Origin: the human T2T-CHM13v2.0 reference genome, Homo sapiens
Assembly: GCF_009914755.1 (NCBI RefSeq)
Contig: NC_060942.1
Length of the DNA: 64,000 nucleotides
Strand: one strand, 5' to 3'
Both the position numbers and the translations under genes were made by a program. The notes under the pieces were generated by a model that was given only the letters and a program-made list of their open reading frames with translations, ran no database searches and was not told where the DNA came from. Numbering within the stretch: the stretch's first letter is position 1; each line of letters starts with the position of its first letter. Of the stretch, positions 46,030 through 57,788 are shown one piece after another.

Positions 46030-46577
46030 TATCTATACTTTATGAGGCTTAGATATATTAAAAAAAAATTATATCTGGGGAGAGACTGCCTCTTCTGGGG
46101 CTAGTTCATACTTAGAGGTGGCAAGGGACCTGCCCAGCTGAAGCATGCCTTTCAGATGCAAACTAACCAATCCTGCACCCCTTACCCAACACACCTCTTT
46201 TACCTGTTGCATACAACCTAAAGGCAATATTCCTCTGCCTTGGTCATCCTGCGGACACTTCCCAGGCAACTAGAGACCACCATATATCCTAAAGCCCACC
46301 AAAATCATTCAAACCAGACAATCTTGAAATACTTAGCCTGCCCTGCCATGTCTTTCTATGGAAACCCCAATAGAGGCCATGGCCTAAGCTCTCTCCCCAC
46401 TCCTGTCTTCTGCCTCCTGACTACCCTGGTGTTTGACACTGTAACTTTGGGTGGTATGTGGCAACCTCCTCTCTGGGACCCATGAGTCTTCTTCTTCCTT
46501 CCAAATCTGGCTCTTGTTTCTTCTGTGGCAGCAAAGATTTCACTATACCATATTCCAACTTGTACATTCTTAGAACA
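46030..46577 (+). mobile_element. MER74/MER54-like ERVL LTR
   Basis: gagactgcc...atgcaaactaaccaatcc...caactagagacc...ctgcctcctgact...tagaaca. Confidence 0.7.
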
Positions 46578-46648
46578 GCATGTATCTTCACATTCTCTCT
46601 CTCTCTATATATATATATTTAAGCTAATCTATATTAAATAATTAAATA

Positions 46649-46962
46649 GGCTAGGCACGGTGGCTCAAGCCTGTAATCCCAGCATTTTGGGAGGCCGGGG
46701 GTCGGGGGGGGGTGGTGGGTCATGAGGTCAGGAGTTCGAGACCAGCCTGATCAATGTGGTGAAACCCCGTCTCTACTAAAAATACAAAAAAAATTAGTCG
46801 GGCGTGGTGGTGTGTGCCTGTGGTCTCAGCTACCAGGGAGGGCCGAGGCAGAAGAATTGCTTCAACCCGGGAGGCGGAGGTTGCAGTGAGCCGAGATTGT
46901 ACCACCACACTCCAGCCTGGGTGACAGAGCAAGACTCCACCTCAAAAAAAAAAAAACAAAAA
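46649..46962 (+). mobile_element. AluS with an expanded G-run
   Basis: Dimeric Alu; G-rich stretch at 46697-46719. Confidence 0.93.
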
Positions 46963-48276
46963 AAATTAAATAAACTAACATATGTGTATATTAGTTTAAA
47001 TTCCAAAAAGTATGATTGCTACTAATACATTGGTTTTTGTATTAATATCACAAAAAGAAAATTAGTAGAGAGAATTTGAAATACAGAGCTCCAATTAAGA
47101 TGACACATTTTAGAAGTGATATGGCCTTTAAATAATATTTTGAGTGTATATTTTATATTGATGCATTCTAGTGAGCAATCTATTTCCCTATTTTCTGTAA
47201 GGAGATTAGAATTACAGTGCACATAACTTTTTTATATGTTTTCCTTGGAACAGTATGACCATAGCAATAAAATGTTGGAACCCATAAAGGTAATGTCAGT
47301 GCATACAAATGCAATCTTATAGAAAGGCAGTCACTGATAATCAGGTTTCTGTTCCTCATTTTACTCATCTTTATTTATGTATAAAGTTGAGTTATGTAAC
47401 AGAGAGTTATGTAACCATTGTCATATTCACTATCATGGCTATATGGCAAACAAGATAATGTCTTACATTTTCTGGAAATTGATAGTTACTTTTGAATATG
47501 AAAAGAAATCTGGAAATATTTGCATGCTTGTAAAAAATTTTTAATATATTCTTTAAAGCTAAACTACAGAATATCAGAGCAAAATAGTTGTTTTTGATAT
47601 TCATAAACATCCAAACTAAGTTGCTTTATTTCTTTATACTATTTGACCCATCTTTATTTTTGGGATATATTTTTCTTCTTTTTCTTTTTCATGAGTATCT
47701 AGAAATAGCCACGGGATGTATTTTTCTATATTTGAAATATCTGAAAGGCCTTTTGTCAATCATATGTTTTACAACGCTTAATTTACTTCTCATAAACTAT
47801 TGTGTTCACTATTTCTTGCATCTGTGGAATGACAAGACTTATGAAATATTTTAAATATATAAAGTATACATTTTAAACTCCTTTACTATTTCCTGAGAGT
47901 TTGATGCATTAAATTGTCCTGTAGAGAATAATCTCCTCTATCAACAAAATATTCCACCCGTACTGCTTCCATGATTTTTCTTTTTATCAGCATACAGATT
48001 TTACCCTGGTATATGATTTCAAAAATTATTGAAAGAGTTTAGTAAATATACAAGCTTCTAATTACCTTCAGTGACATTCCTACCTTTATTCTTTCTCTCT
48101 CTTTTCTTTTTGAAATTCTTACTTCCATTTACATTGACATATGTCAAATTAGACATATTTTTAATATGTCAAAATAATGGAATATTAAAAAGGAAATAAA
48201 CTGGGACCACATGTGGTTTTCTGCCCTTTTAACATAGTTATTTTTTGTCCCATGGTACACAGAATAACCAAATTGG

Positions 48277-49115
48277 GCTGAATCAGTTTTTTTTTCTTTT
48301 TGCTGCTATAATAAATTATTACAGATTTAGTAGCATAAGCGTCCAATTTGTAGGTTGATCTCATAGCTCTATTTATTTATTTTTAATTTAATTTAATTTT
48401 TTTTTTTGAGAGAGAGTCTCACTCTGATGCTCAGGCTGGAGTGCAGTGGCATGATCACATCTCACTGAAACTTCTGCCTCCCAGGTTCAAGCAATTCTCA
48501 TGCCTCAGCCTCCTGAATAGCTTGGACTACAGGTGTGCACCCCCATGCCTACCTGATTTTTGTACTTTTAGTAGAGATGGGGTTTCACCATGTTGGCCAG
48601 GCTGGTCTTGAACTCCTAAGCTCAAGTGATCCATTTGCTACAGCCTCCCAAAGTGCTGGGATTACAGGCTTGATGGTTTTGCAGTTCTATTGGTTACAGA
48701 AGTCCCAGCACCACGTGACTTAGCTAGGTCCTCTGCTGGGAAGCTCAGGAGGTAAAACCAAGGTGTGGCAGGAAGGCGTTCCTGTTAGGGACCTGGGGAG
48801 AAGCAGCCAGCAAGTTCATCAGGCTGATGGCAGAATCAACTTCCTTGTGGCTGTAGGACTGAGGTCCAGTTTTCCTTGCTTGCTCTCAACTGACTGTCCT
48901 TAGTTTCTGAGTTGCTGACTGTCCTTAGTTTCTAGAGTCCTCTTGCTGTTTTCTGCACATGGATCCCTACATATCAGAGAAAGCAAAAGTACCTTAAATC
49001 TTTCTCATGCTTGGAATATTCTTGACTTCCCTTTTTACTGCGTCTCTCTGATCCTAGTTATTTGCCATTAAAGGCTCAAGTAACTCAAATGAGCCCACCC
49101 CAGGTTACTTTCCCT
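48277..49115 (-). mobile_element. MLT1E-like MaLR LTR interrupted by an Alu
   Basis: tgctgctataataaattattac...ggcagaatcaacttccttgtggctgtaggactgaggtc. Confidence 0.7.
48371..48670 (-). mobile_element. Alu (old S/J)
   Basis: Antisense dimer ending ctgggattacaggcttga. Confidence 0.92.
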
Positions 49116-49489
49116 ATTGCAAAGTTGGTAACCTTATGTTACCAACTGTTTCCCCACATGAGGTTGGGATCTGCAATAAAACTATAAAGACTTTTGTCTT
49201 CAGTAAAAGTGTATGGTAGAAAACAAATGCTATGAGAGTATAACTTGGACTTGGGAAGGGAACAGAAGTCTTCCCTGGGGAAGTTTTACTGCAGACATGA
49301 AGCACATGCATGTTTGGGGTTTGAACTATTTAAGCTATTGAATATAACAAATTTTCTAGCCCTCTGAATTATTAGAACTATTAAATACTATAAATTTACT
49401 AGCCCAATGAGTCTCAATGATTTTAAGTTTGCTATATTAAAAATTCACTACAAGTGTGGTCAAGAAACCTTAATCTGAATACTTAACAT

Positions 49490-51005
49490 AAAAATAAGGC
49501 TCACACTGATAATATTCCTGAAGCAACTTGACAAAACCAACTTGGAGGTGCATGTCCTCTATCTGGATTGCCAGGAATTTTATGAATAAAACCCTGATGA
49601 AGATAAAACTTCAATCCAAATGACAACTTACATTCGAATAAAATGCCAAATAAGTGAAAGTTGCAAACATATTAAAGGATGGAAGTAAACTCAAAGTTAA
49701 TAGGAGTTTTTAGATCTAGAATGTATCATCCAAGTGATTAAAAGAAAAAAAATATAAGAAATTTATAACAAAACAGAACCATTAGGCTCAAAAGGACAAA
49801 GTAGAATATCTATGCATGGAAAAATTTAGTCTGAAATAAAAAGCTCACCAAGTGAGTGAAAAAGATTATTAGACATAGTGAAAGAGACAATTAGTAAATT
49901 GGATAACAGATTTGAGTAAACCACTCAGAAGACAATATAAAAGGCTAAGGAAATGATGATATGAATGACATACTTTATACATTAAGGGAGAAATAGAGAA
50001 AATCCAATTATACACTAAATTGTGTTGCAGCAGACCTCTCAGATAGGGTAGAGCAGAGGTCATATTGGAAAATGTTATGACGGCTCATTTTCCAAAATTC
50101 ATGAAAAGTTTGAATCTTCTGTGTGAGAAAGCCTAGTGAACACATATGGGATAAAATATTTCACAGATATACAATCATTAAAAGGAACCAAAATGCCAAT
50201 ATCTTCAGAAGAGATACAAAAAAAGATTATAAAAGAATGACATTAGGTTGCTAGGATGCTGTGAAAACAAGAAAGAGAACCACAATTTAATATTTTAAAA
50301 GTTCTTGAAGCCTAAAACTGTTTTGATCTCTACATAGCTAAATCATTTTTCAAGAATAAGTGTATTCAAAACAAAGATACTATCAAAAAAAGCTGAGATA
50401 GTTTAATACTCACAAAACTTCATTTAATGATGAAACAACAAAAAGAGAAAATAAACTGATAAAATAAGCATTGCACATATGGCAAAGAAGTGATGATGAT
50501 GATAATGATGGTGGTATTGAAGTTTTCAAAATAATATTGAAATTAAATACTGAATAACAAAAATTTAGAGGATCACAGAAGAATCTTTGCAATTAATGCA
50601 TTTCAAGGTCATTATATTGTTTGGGAGGCATTTAAAATAGTAATTAAGTTTAGAATGTCTTAAAATCAAGTATATAAATTAGCATTTAAAAGATTCCACT
50701 AAAAGATAATGAATATAATATATAATTTTCATGCCAATAGAAGGCAAAGTATATAGTAAAACTTGAATAATCAAATAAAAAGTTAAAAAATGGACTAAAA
50801 CAGGAAAAAACTTGGTGAATATAAAGCATAAATATATATATGTATATAAATTACATCAGGGAAATAAGTAAATATACTGACTGAACTATTAAACTTACTA
50901 AACTATAGATCTTCCATATTGAATTTTTTAAAACTTAATTTACGGGACATTTAAAAGAGATACGTAAATGTTAAAGACATAAAGTAGTCAAGAAAATGCT
51001 GACCA
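49490..51005 (+). mobile_element. Very old L1M (ORF1 / inter-ORF region)
   Basis: A-rich sequence with ORF1-like motifs (aattagtaaattggataacag, cattttccaaaattcatgaaa). Confidence 0.45.
50783..50934 (+). repeat. 152-bp direct repeat, copy 1 (donor)
   Basis: Gapless match to 52012-52163 with 9 mismatches by eye. Confidence 0.95.
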
Positions 51006-52011
51006 GAGAAAAGAGAGGAGGGAGCAGGCAGAGGTGGGTTGAGACTCAGGTTTGAGTGGAGATACCTAGCAAGGAAAAGAGGGAAACAAAGTAAATTGAG
51101 AAGATCTTCGGACAGCAAGGCAGCCCGGAGAAATTAATTGATGGAAGCCTTGGAACAAAGACTGTCCATTGGTGCTACACTGAGGCACTACACTGGGGAA
51201 GCCTGGCCCAGCCCTTCCACCTTGCTCCTAATCACTCAGCATCTGGGAGCCACATGGCAAGAGCATAGGTTCAGCAGGAATCCTGTGGTGGACATGCTCT
51301 GAGCAAAGCTGCCCTGCAGTCCATCCCTCAAAAATCCACTTCTCTATTTCTCTGTGACCTGTTGGCCCTGTTCCTGAAGGAAACTTAGAAGAGTGGGGTG
51401 AGTGGAACAAAGCACACCAGTCATCAGTGCAGCGAGTAGGGGCTGCAGCTGGAGTGCCTCCTCTTTCTTCTAGGCAAGTTCCAAATTCCCCTCGTTGCCT
51501 CTGTAGTTGGTATCTGATCTGGAGGGATGACCCAAATGCTCATTCCTGAGAGGTCCAGGCCCTGATGCTGAAACCCTTCTCAGACTGAGGCTGCTGTACT
51601 TGTCCACCCAGAGTCACTCCCTTGGGAAAGGAGTAGCCAGTGGCATCCCAGTGGATCCCCTGGGCTTCACAGGTATTCCTCTCTGCATTGTGTAGATATG
51701 ACCTCCTCCCACTAATCAGGTATGGTAACCTAAGAAGACGGTGACTCCTTTTCTTGTCCAGTTGTCCTTGGAAACAAGGAGTCCAGAGTGCTCAGGTAGC
51801 AGCTATAGCTAGTAGATCAAGGGGAGCTTTTCTGTGTCTCCTGGTAAGAGTGCGTGTTTGGGGAACATGTCCTGTTACTCTGCACAACCCAGAATTGTAG
51901 AAACAGAAAGATCAAAGACCTCTAATAAGTAATGGAATTGGTGATAAATTAGGCCACTCCTGCTTCCATCACTTGGCTCTGGGACCCAGGTATTCTTCCA
52001 GCACTCTTCCT

Positions 52012-52163
52012 TTAAAAAAGGGACTAAAAAAGGAAAAAACTTGGTAAATAAAAAGCATAAATATATATGTGTATATAAATAACATCAGGGAAATAAGTAA
52101 ATATACTGACTGAACCATTAAACTTACTAAAATATAGATCTTCCATGTTGAATTTTTTAAAAC
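52012..52163 (+). repeat. 152-bp direct repeat, copy 2 (inserted into the ERVL-like block)
   Basis: AT-rich island matching 50783-50934. Confidence 0.95.
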
Positions 52164-52476
52164 ATACAGAGGCCTGTGTCAATGTGTATTATTCATGGGG
52201 GATGATGGTCCCAGATCCCAGCTCGTATGTTAGGTATGCCTTCCACCTGCTTTTCAGTGAGGCTACATCCAGATGGCATAGTGTGTGATATGATCAGTAA
52301 AGCCCGTGGTCGCAAGTCCATTACCTCACATCCCTCACTGTGAAGTGGATCCTTAAGCAGGTACAAATTGAAGGGACTTTCTGCCAGACACTGGCGGCCT
52401 CCAATTAGTGGTACCAGCTACGCTCTGTAGGCAGGAAAGACAAACCTTTCCCAGGATAGATAATTATGCTTCCAAA

Positions 52477-52924
52477 TGAAACCAAACCAATGGTCCCATA
52501 GATAGTTCTTTTGATAGACATAAAAGCTGACCTTTCTGGTCTTAAAGCTTGAAACTTTTATTAGTTTCATCTGTGTTATTTCCTCAGTAAACAACCTTCA
52601 GTCTTCTCAAAAATAATATCAAAGAAGTGAAACTTACCAGATCAACACATCCAGGCAATGGGATGCCGCCTCCTCATTCATCATGATTGCCTCCTTGCCC
52701 CTCCCTAGTTCCCGTTGTCTTACACATTGTTACATTTCTTCCTGGCTATATAAATCCCCCAGTTTTAGCTAGTCAGGGAGTTGAATTTGAATCTGAGCTC
52801 CCATATCCTTGGCTGCAGCACCTGATCAAAGCCTTCTTCCTTGTCAATAATCATTGTTTCAGACATTGGCTTTCTGAGTGGTGAAAAGCAGGACCTAGTC
52901 CAAACCCTTGGTGTTTTAGTAATA
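52477..52924 (+). mobile_element. LTR47-like solo LTR
   Basis: tgaaacc...cccatagatagtt...tatataaa...ggctgcagcacctgatcaaagccttcttccttg...caggacctag...tggtgttttagtaa. Confidence 0.75.
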
Positions 52925-53514
52925 CAAGGATGAGATACTAGTTCTTCCAGGGTGGAAGGCCAACCAATCAACTTTCCATCAAGAACCTAGTTGGTCTCTG
53001 TGAGGAATATCGCCTACGGTCATTCTCTGTTAATGGTGATGGACACTCAAGGGCTGCAGTGGTTAGCTTGGTCACTACACACCCACTGTGTCTGCCACTG
53101 CAGCCACTCTCTTCCATTGGCAAGTTCTGGAGTCGCTGATGAGGAAGGATGGATAATGTCAGATGGTTGAGTTCTATCTTCTGCTTAGCTATTCGGTGAC
53201 TGCCCCTGAGTGGATGAGTGGATGCCTGCTAGTGAGCATTAAGCATGTGCTGTGACAGTCCTCAAACTTGGTGACCACTCCCATACGTCCAGCAACAAAC
53301 CTTCAGTCCAGACTGCCTTGTCCATGATTTTCCCGTACTTTTATTTCTAGGTCCCTGAGCGACCATCAGGAATAGAATGAAAGGCCAGTTTTGAGATGGG
53401 AGAAGATCTTTGAAACATCGTAAGGTTGAATAAAAGTAAAACTTCAGATTGTATGAAAGTCCTTCTTTAGAGATATATTTGTAACTACTATTTGCTATAA
53501 TCATGCAAACAAAT

Positions 53515-53712
53515 ATATAGCAAACAATTTTTTTTTCTATAATGGGAACGTCGTAAATATTTTTGAAATCGTAGGTCATAAAGGTTCTGTTGCAACTACT
53601 CATCTGTGCCATTGTAGCACCCAAGCAATGCAGACAACATGGGAATGAGTGAGCGTGACGGTTCTGCAACACAGGACGGGTGCTAGGTTTCAGCCCACAG
53701 GCCATTTTGGTA
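53515..53712 (+). mobile_element. MER58A hAT-Charlie DNA transposon
   Basis: gcaaac...gtaaatattttt...ctgttgcaactactca...tgccattgtagcac...gcccacaggcc. Confidence 0.8.
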
Positions 53713-54029
53713 AGCACATGAAATTAATTATCAAAATGATATTTATAATGTGTCACTAATTACTTAAAGCTTTAAAAAAAGTTTAAAAAATATTTAAACA
53801 TACTACAACTATTTTTAATGTAGAAAATGTCCATTTATTGTTGGCACATTTTAAAAGTTAAAAACAAATATCCACAAAATACCTGTAGAACAATATTTAT
53901 GGCACATTTATGCATAATAATCCCAAACTAGAAACAACTCAAGAGTCCATCATTACAGAATGAAATAAACAAAATATGACTTACTCATATGATGAAATGG
54001 TACTGGACGTTAAAAGAAAATGAACTACC

Positions 54030-54714
<685 letters not shown>

Positions 54715-55273
54715 AAGAAAATGAACTACAACATGAATGAATCTCAAAATATTTTGGTAATAGAAGCTTTATTTTAAAAAAGTATGGTATGTATGCCAAA
54801 TGCTTTTGTTTCTATAAAGTTCTAGAGCAAGTATAACTTATGGCAGAAAAAGATCAGAGTAGTAATTGCATTAGGGTGGGTCAGGTGGGGATTGACTAGA
54901 AAGCAGCATCAGGAGTTTTCTGGAGTGATAAAAATATTCTCTATCTTTTTAGAGGCTTGGATTACACAGGTATGTACATGGTCAAAACTTATCAAAAGAT
55001 AAACTTACATCTTGTGCATCTTATTGTATGTGAATTTTACCTTTAAAGGGAAAAAATATAACATATTATACTCAAAATTACGTGCTTGCCGAAGCATTTA
55101 GGGGTGTACTGATGTCAGCAACTTACTGTTAAAACATCAGAAAGTAAAATTGGTTAATACATGAATAGCGGGACAGATAGGTGGCTACAATTGTAAATAA
55201 ATACTAATTGTAAAATTTAAATGGTTAGTATTTGGCAATACTAATTGTAAAGTCTAAATGGTTAGTATTTGGC

Positions 55274-55793
55274 GGCCTTAATATGTTCATGTTCCTATGA
55301 AGGAATACCTGAGGTTGGGCAATTTAGAAAGAAAACGGATACACTCCAGTCTGGACAACAGAGAGAGACCCTGTCTCAAAAAAAAAAAAAAAAAAAAAAA
55401 AGAAAGAAAGAAAGAAAGAAAACGTTTATTACTTGGGTCACAGTTCTACAGGCTGCACAGGTAGCATGGCATCAGCACTTGCTTCTGCTGAGGGCTTCAG
55501 GCTGCTTCCACTGATGGTGGAGGGCGAAGGGAAGCTGATGTGTACAGAGATTACCTGGTGAGAGAGAAAACAGGGAGGATGAGGTGCCAGGGAGGAGGTG
55601 TCAGGCTCTTATTAACAACCAGCTCTGGTGAGAATGACTAGAGTGAGCACTCAGTCACTACAATGAGGATGGCACTCACCATTTATGGGGAATCTTCTCC
55701 ATGACCCAAACACCATCCATTAGGTCCCACTGCCAACAATGGGAATCAAATTTCAACACGAGGTTTAGAGAGTCAAATATTTGAACTATAGCA
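55274..55793 (-). mobile_element. MSTB-like MaLR solo LTR
   Basis: aaggaatacctgaggttggg...ccatgacccaaacacc...tttcaacacgaggttt...aactatagca. Confidence 0.82.
55340..55412 (+). mobile_element. Extremely 5'-truncated Alu (~37 bp plus tail)
   Basis: cactccagtctggacaacagagagagaccctgtctc + poly-A; TSD AGAAAGAAAACG at 55326-55337 and 55413-55424. Confidence 0.88.
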
Positions 55794-56685
55794 AGTGTTA
55801 TTCATGATAAAGTTGATTTAATGTTTATGTATGTTAGCAATTTTTCATAATAAGATAATGGAAAACAACAGGAATCGTAAGCATCATATTCAGAATAATG
55901 GTATTTGCTATTATGATTTTATTCCTACTGCTCAAATTGTATTGTGGAAGAAGTATTGACACATCATGGAGAATGTATAGAAAAATAGTGTGAAGTTATA
56001 CTTTTATATTTGGCTTAATTTCTATTAATATATTCAAATCAAACTTGCTTACAATTTATTGACTATGAATCTGTTTTTCATGAGTTATTGATGAGCTCCA
56101 GAAAGATTCTGTTAATGTATTTTAAAGAAAATTTTTCCTAGATAAATAATAGTCACACATATCAGCTTTGCCTCTGTATTAACTTCTAATCTCATTTTTT
56201 GTTTTACTATGACATTTTTGCTCATACTTTTCATGTGAACTAAATAATGCATTCTACAACGATCTTTAGTAAAGGAATTTATTTAAATATAGCTTACTAA
56301 AATATTTACATAACTCAGTAATCAAAGTAGGGACTTAAACATTTCTGGCAATACGGTTGACATATGCTTAAAACAAAAAAATTTTCTTAAATTTGGGGTA
56401 AATTATTTTCTCTTTTCCCTTTTTTTCTTGAAAGGTGGGTATTCAAATTTTTCTAATTAGAAGCTCTAGGATATAAAACTCCAATTTTTCCAAATTAAGA
56501 TATAACATGATTATTCAAAAAAAGATATGTCTTAAAGCAATACATTTTAAGGTTGTCACTCTTTTGCAAACTTAAATTGGCACTATGTTTATTTTAATAT
56601 TATTCATTAGTTTATATTCTTACATAAATTTAAGCTTTTTCTTTCACATAGTATTAGTATTTGATAGTTTATAGTAATTATTCCA

Positions 56686-57052
56686 CGTCATGGACTGAGT
56701 AGTGTCCTCCAAATTCTTATGTAGAAGCCCTAAACCCAGTAACTCAGAATGTGATGGTATTTGGCGATAGGGTCTTTAAACAGGTCATTAATGTGAAATG
56801 AGGTCATATGGGTGGGCCTTAATCCAAAGTGACTGGTGTCCCTATAGGGTGTGGAGATTAGACCATAGACACACACAGAGGGAACACCAGGAGAGCACAT
56901 GGGGAGAAGATGGCCCTCTACCAGCAAAGAAGAGAAGCCTCAGAAGAAACCAGTCCTGAAGATACCTTGGTTTTGTACTTCTCGGCTCCAAGATAGTGGT
57001 TAAGTCTCTCTGTCTCTTGTACTTTGTCATGGCTGCTCTGGGAAATGAACAG
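56686..57052 (+). mobile_element. MLT1B-like solo LTR
   Basis: atggactga...ccaaattcttatgtagaagccctaa...aatgaggtcata...gcctcagaagaaacca. Confidence 0.82.
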
Positions 57053-57758
57053 AATGTTGGCCATCATTTCTCAAATTATCCCTCAGGACCAAAAGTCCGT
57101 AAAATGTTTTCAAGTTTTCTCAGGTTTGAATATATGTGATATATCTCATTTATTTTGGGAAAGATACAGTTTGTAATGACATCAATGGATGGTCATTTTA
57201 GATGTTCATGTAGGACTCGTAACACAATGGGTTAAAAAGAGAACAAAGACACTTAATCTAGATTTATTTATTTTTATTCCTGATATGACATAGCTCTTGA
57301 AAAATTTTAAAGATTGTTTAAACAGTTAGAACGGTAAGTGGTGATATTGTGTACACACCTACTCTCCTAATGGGTATTGTGTCTGGATGTTAAAATATCC
57401 AGTGACAACATCAGTCACAAATTGAAAAGTGCTGTAAGTGAAACAAGTTAGATGAAACAGAAGAAAATGTACTCTTGGAAAAAATGTGTTAGATTACTCA
57501 CTCTGATGCCATAGATACGTGTGAATAGCTGAATAAAGTTATTTTACATAAGAGTGGACATATGCTATATATCTAAATTAATATGCCATTTATGTAATAT
57601 GTTAATTAAATATCTGTAACAAAGTGAATGAATCTTAAAATTAGACATTTACATATTTGGTTTACATCCTTAGAATTTAGATACCCAGGTTCATGAAAAA
57701 CTTTCCCTGTGTTAAGGAATATATGCTTTATTCATTTAAAATAGGCTAGTAGGAGATC

Positions 57759-57788
57759 GTGTGTGTGTGTGTGTGTATGTGTGTGTGT
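57759..57788. repeat. (GT)n microsatellite
   Basis: Read directly. Confidence 0.9.

Larger units (their letters stand above)
51010..53340 (-). mobile_element. Old ERVL-class LTR plus internal fragment (LTR16/LTR33, ERV3-16A3-like)
   Basis: GC-richer block; gcagtccatccc LTR/internal junction motif; family recalled only loosely. Confidence 0.4.

Noticed and set aside
48889-48932. Direct repeat CTGACTGTCCTTAGTTTCT
   Set aside because: Ordinary small tandem duplication within an MLT1 LTR
50783-52163. 152-bp direct repeats as the LTRs of a new small retroelement
   Set aside because: No TG...CA ends, PBS, PPT or TSD; the second copy interrupts an element that continues beyond it
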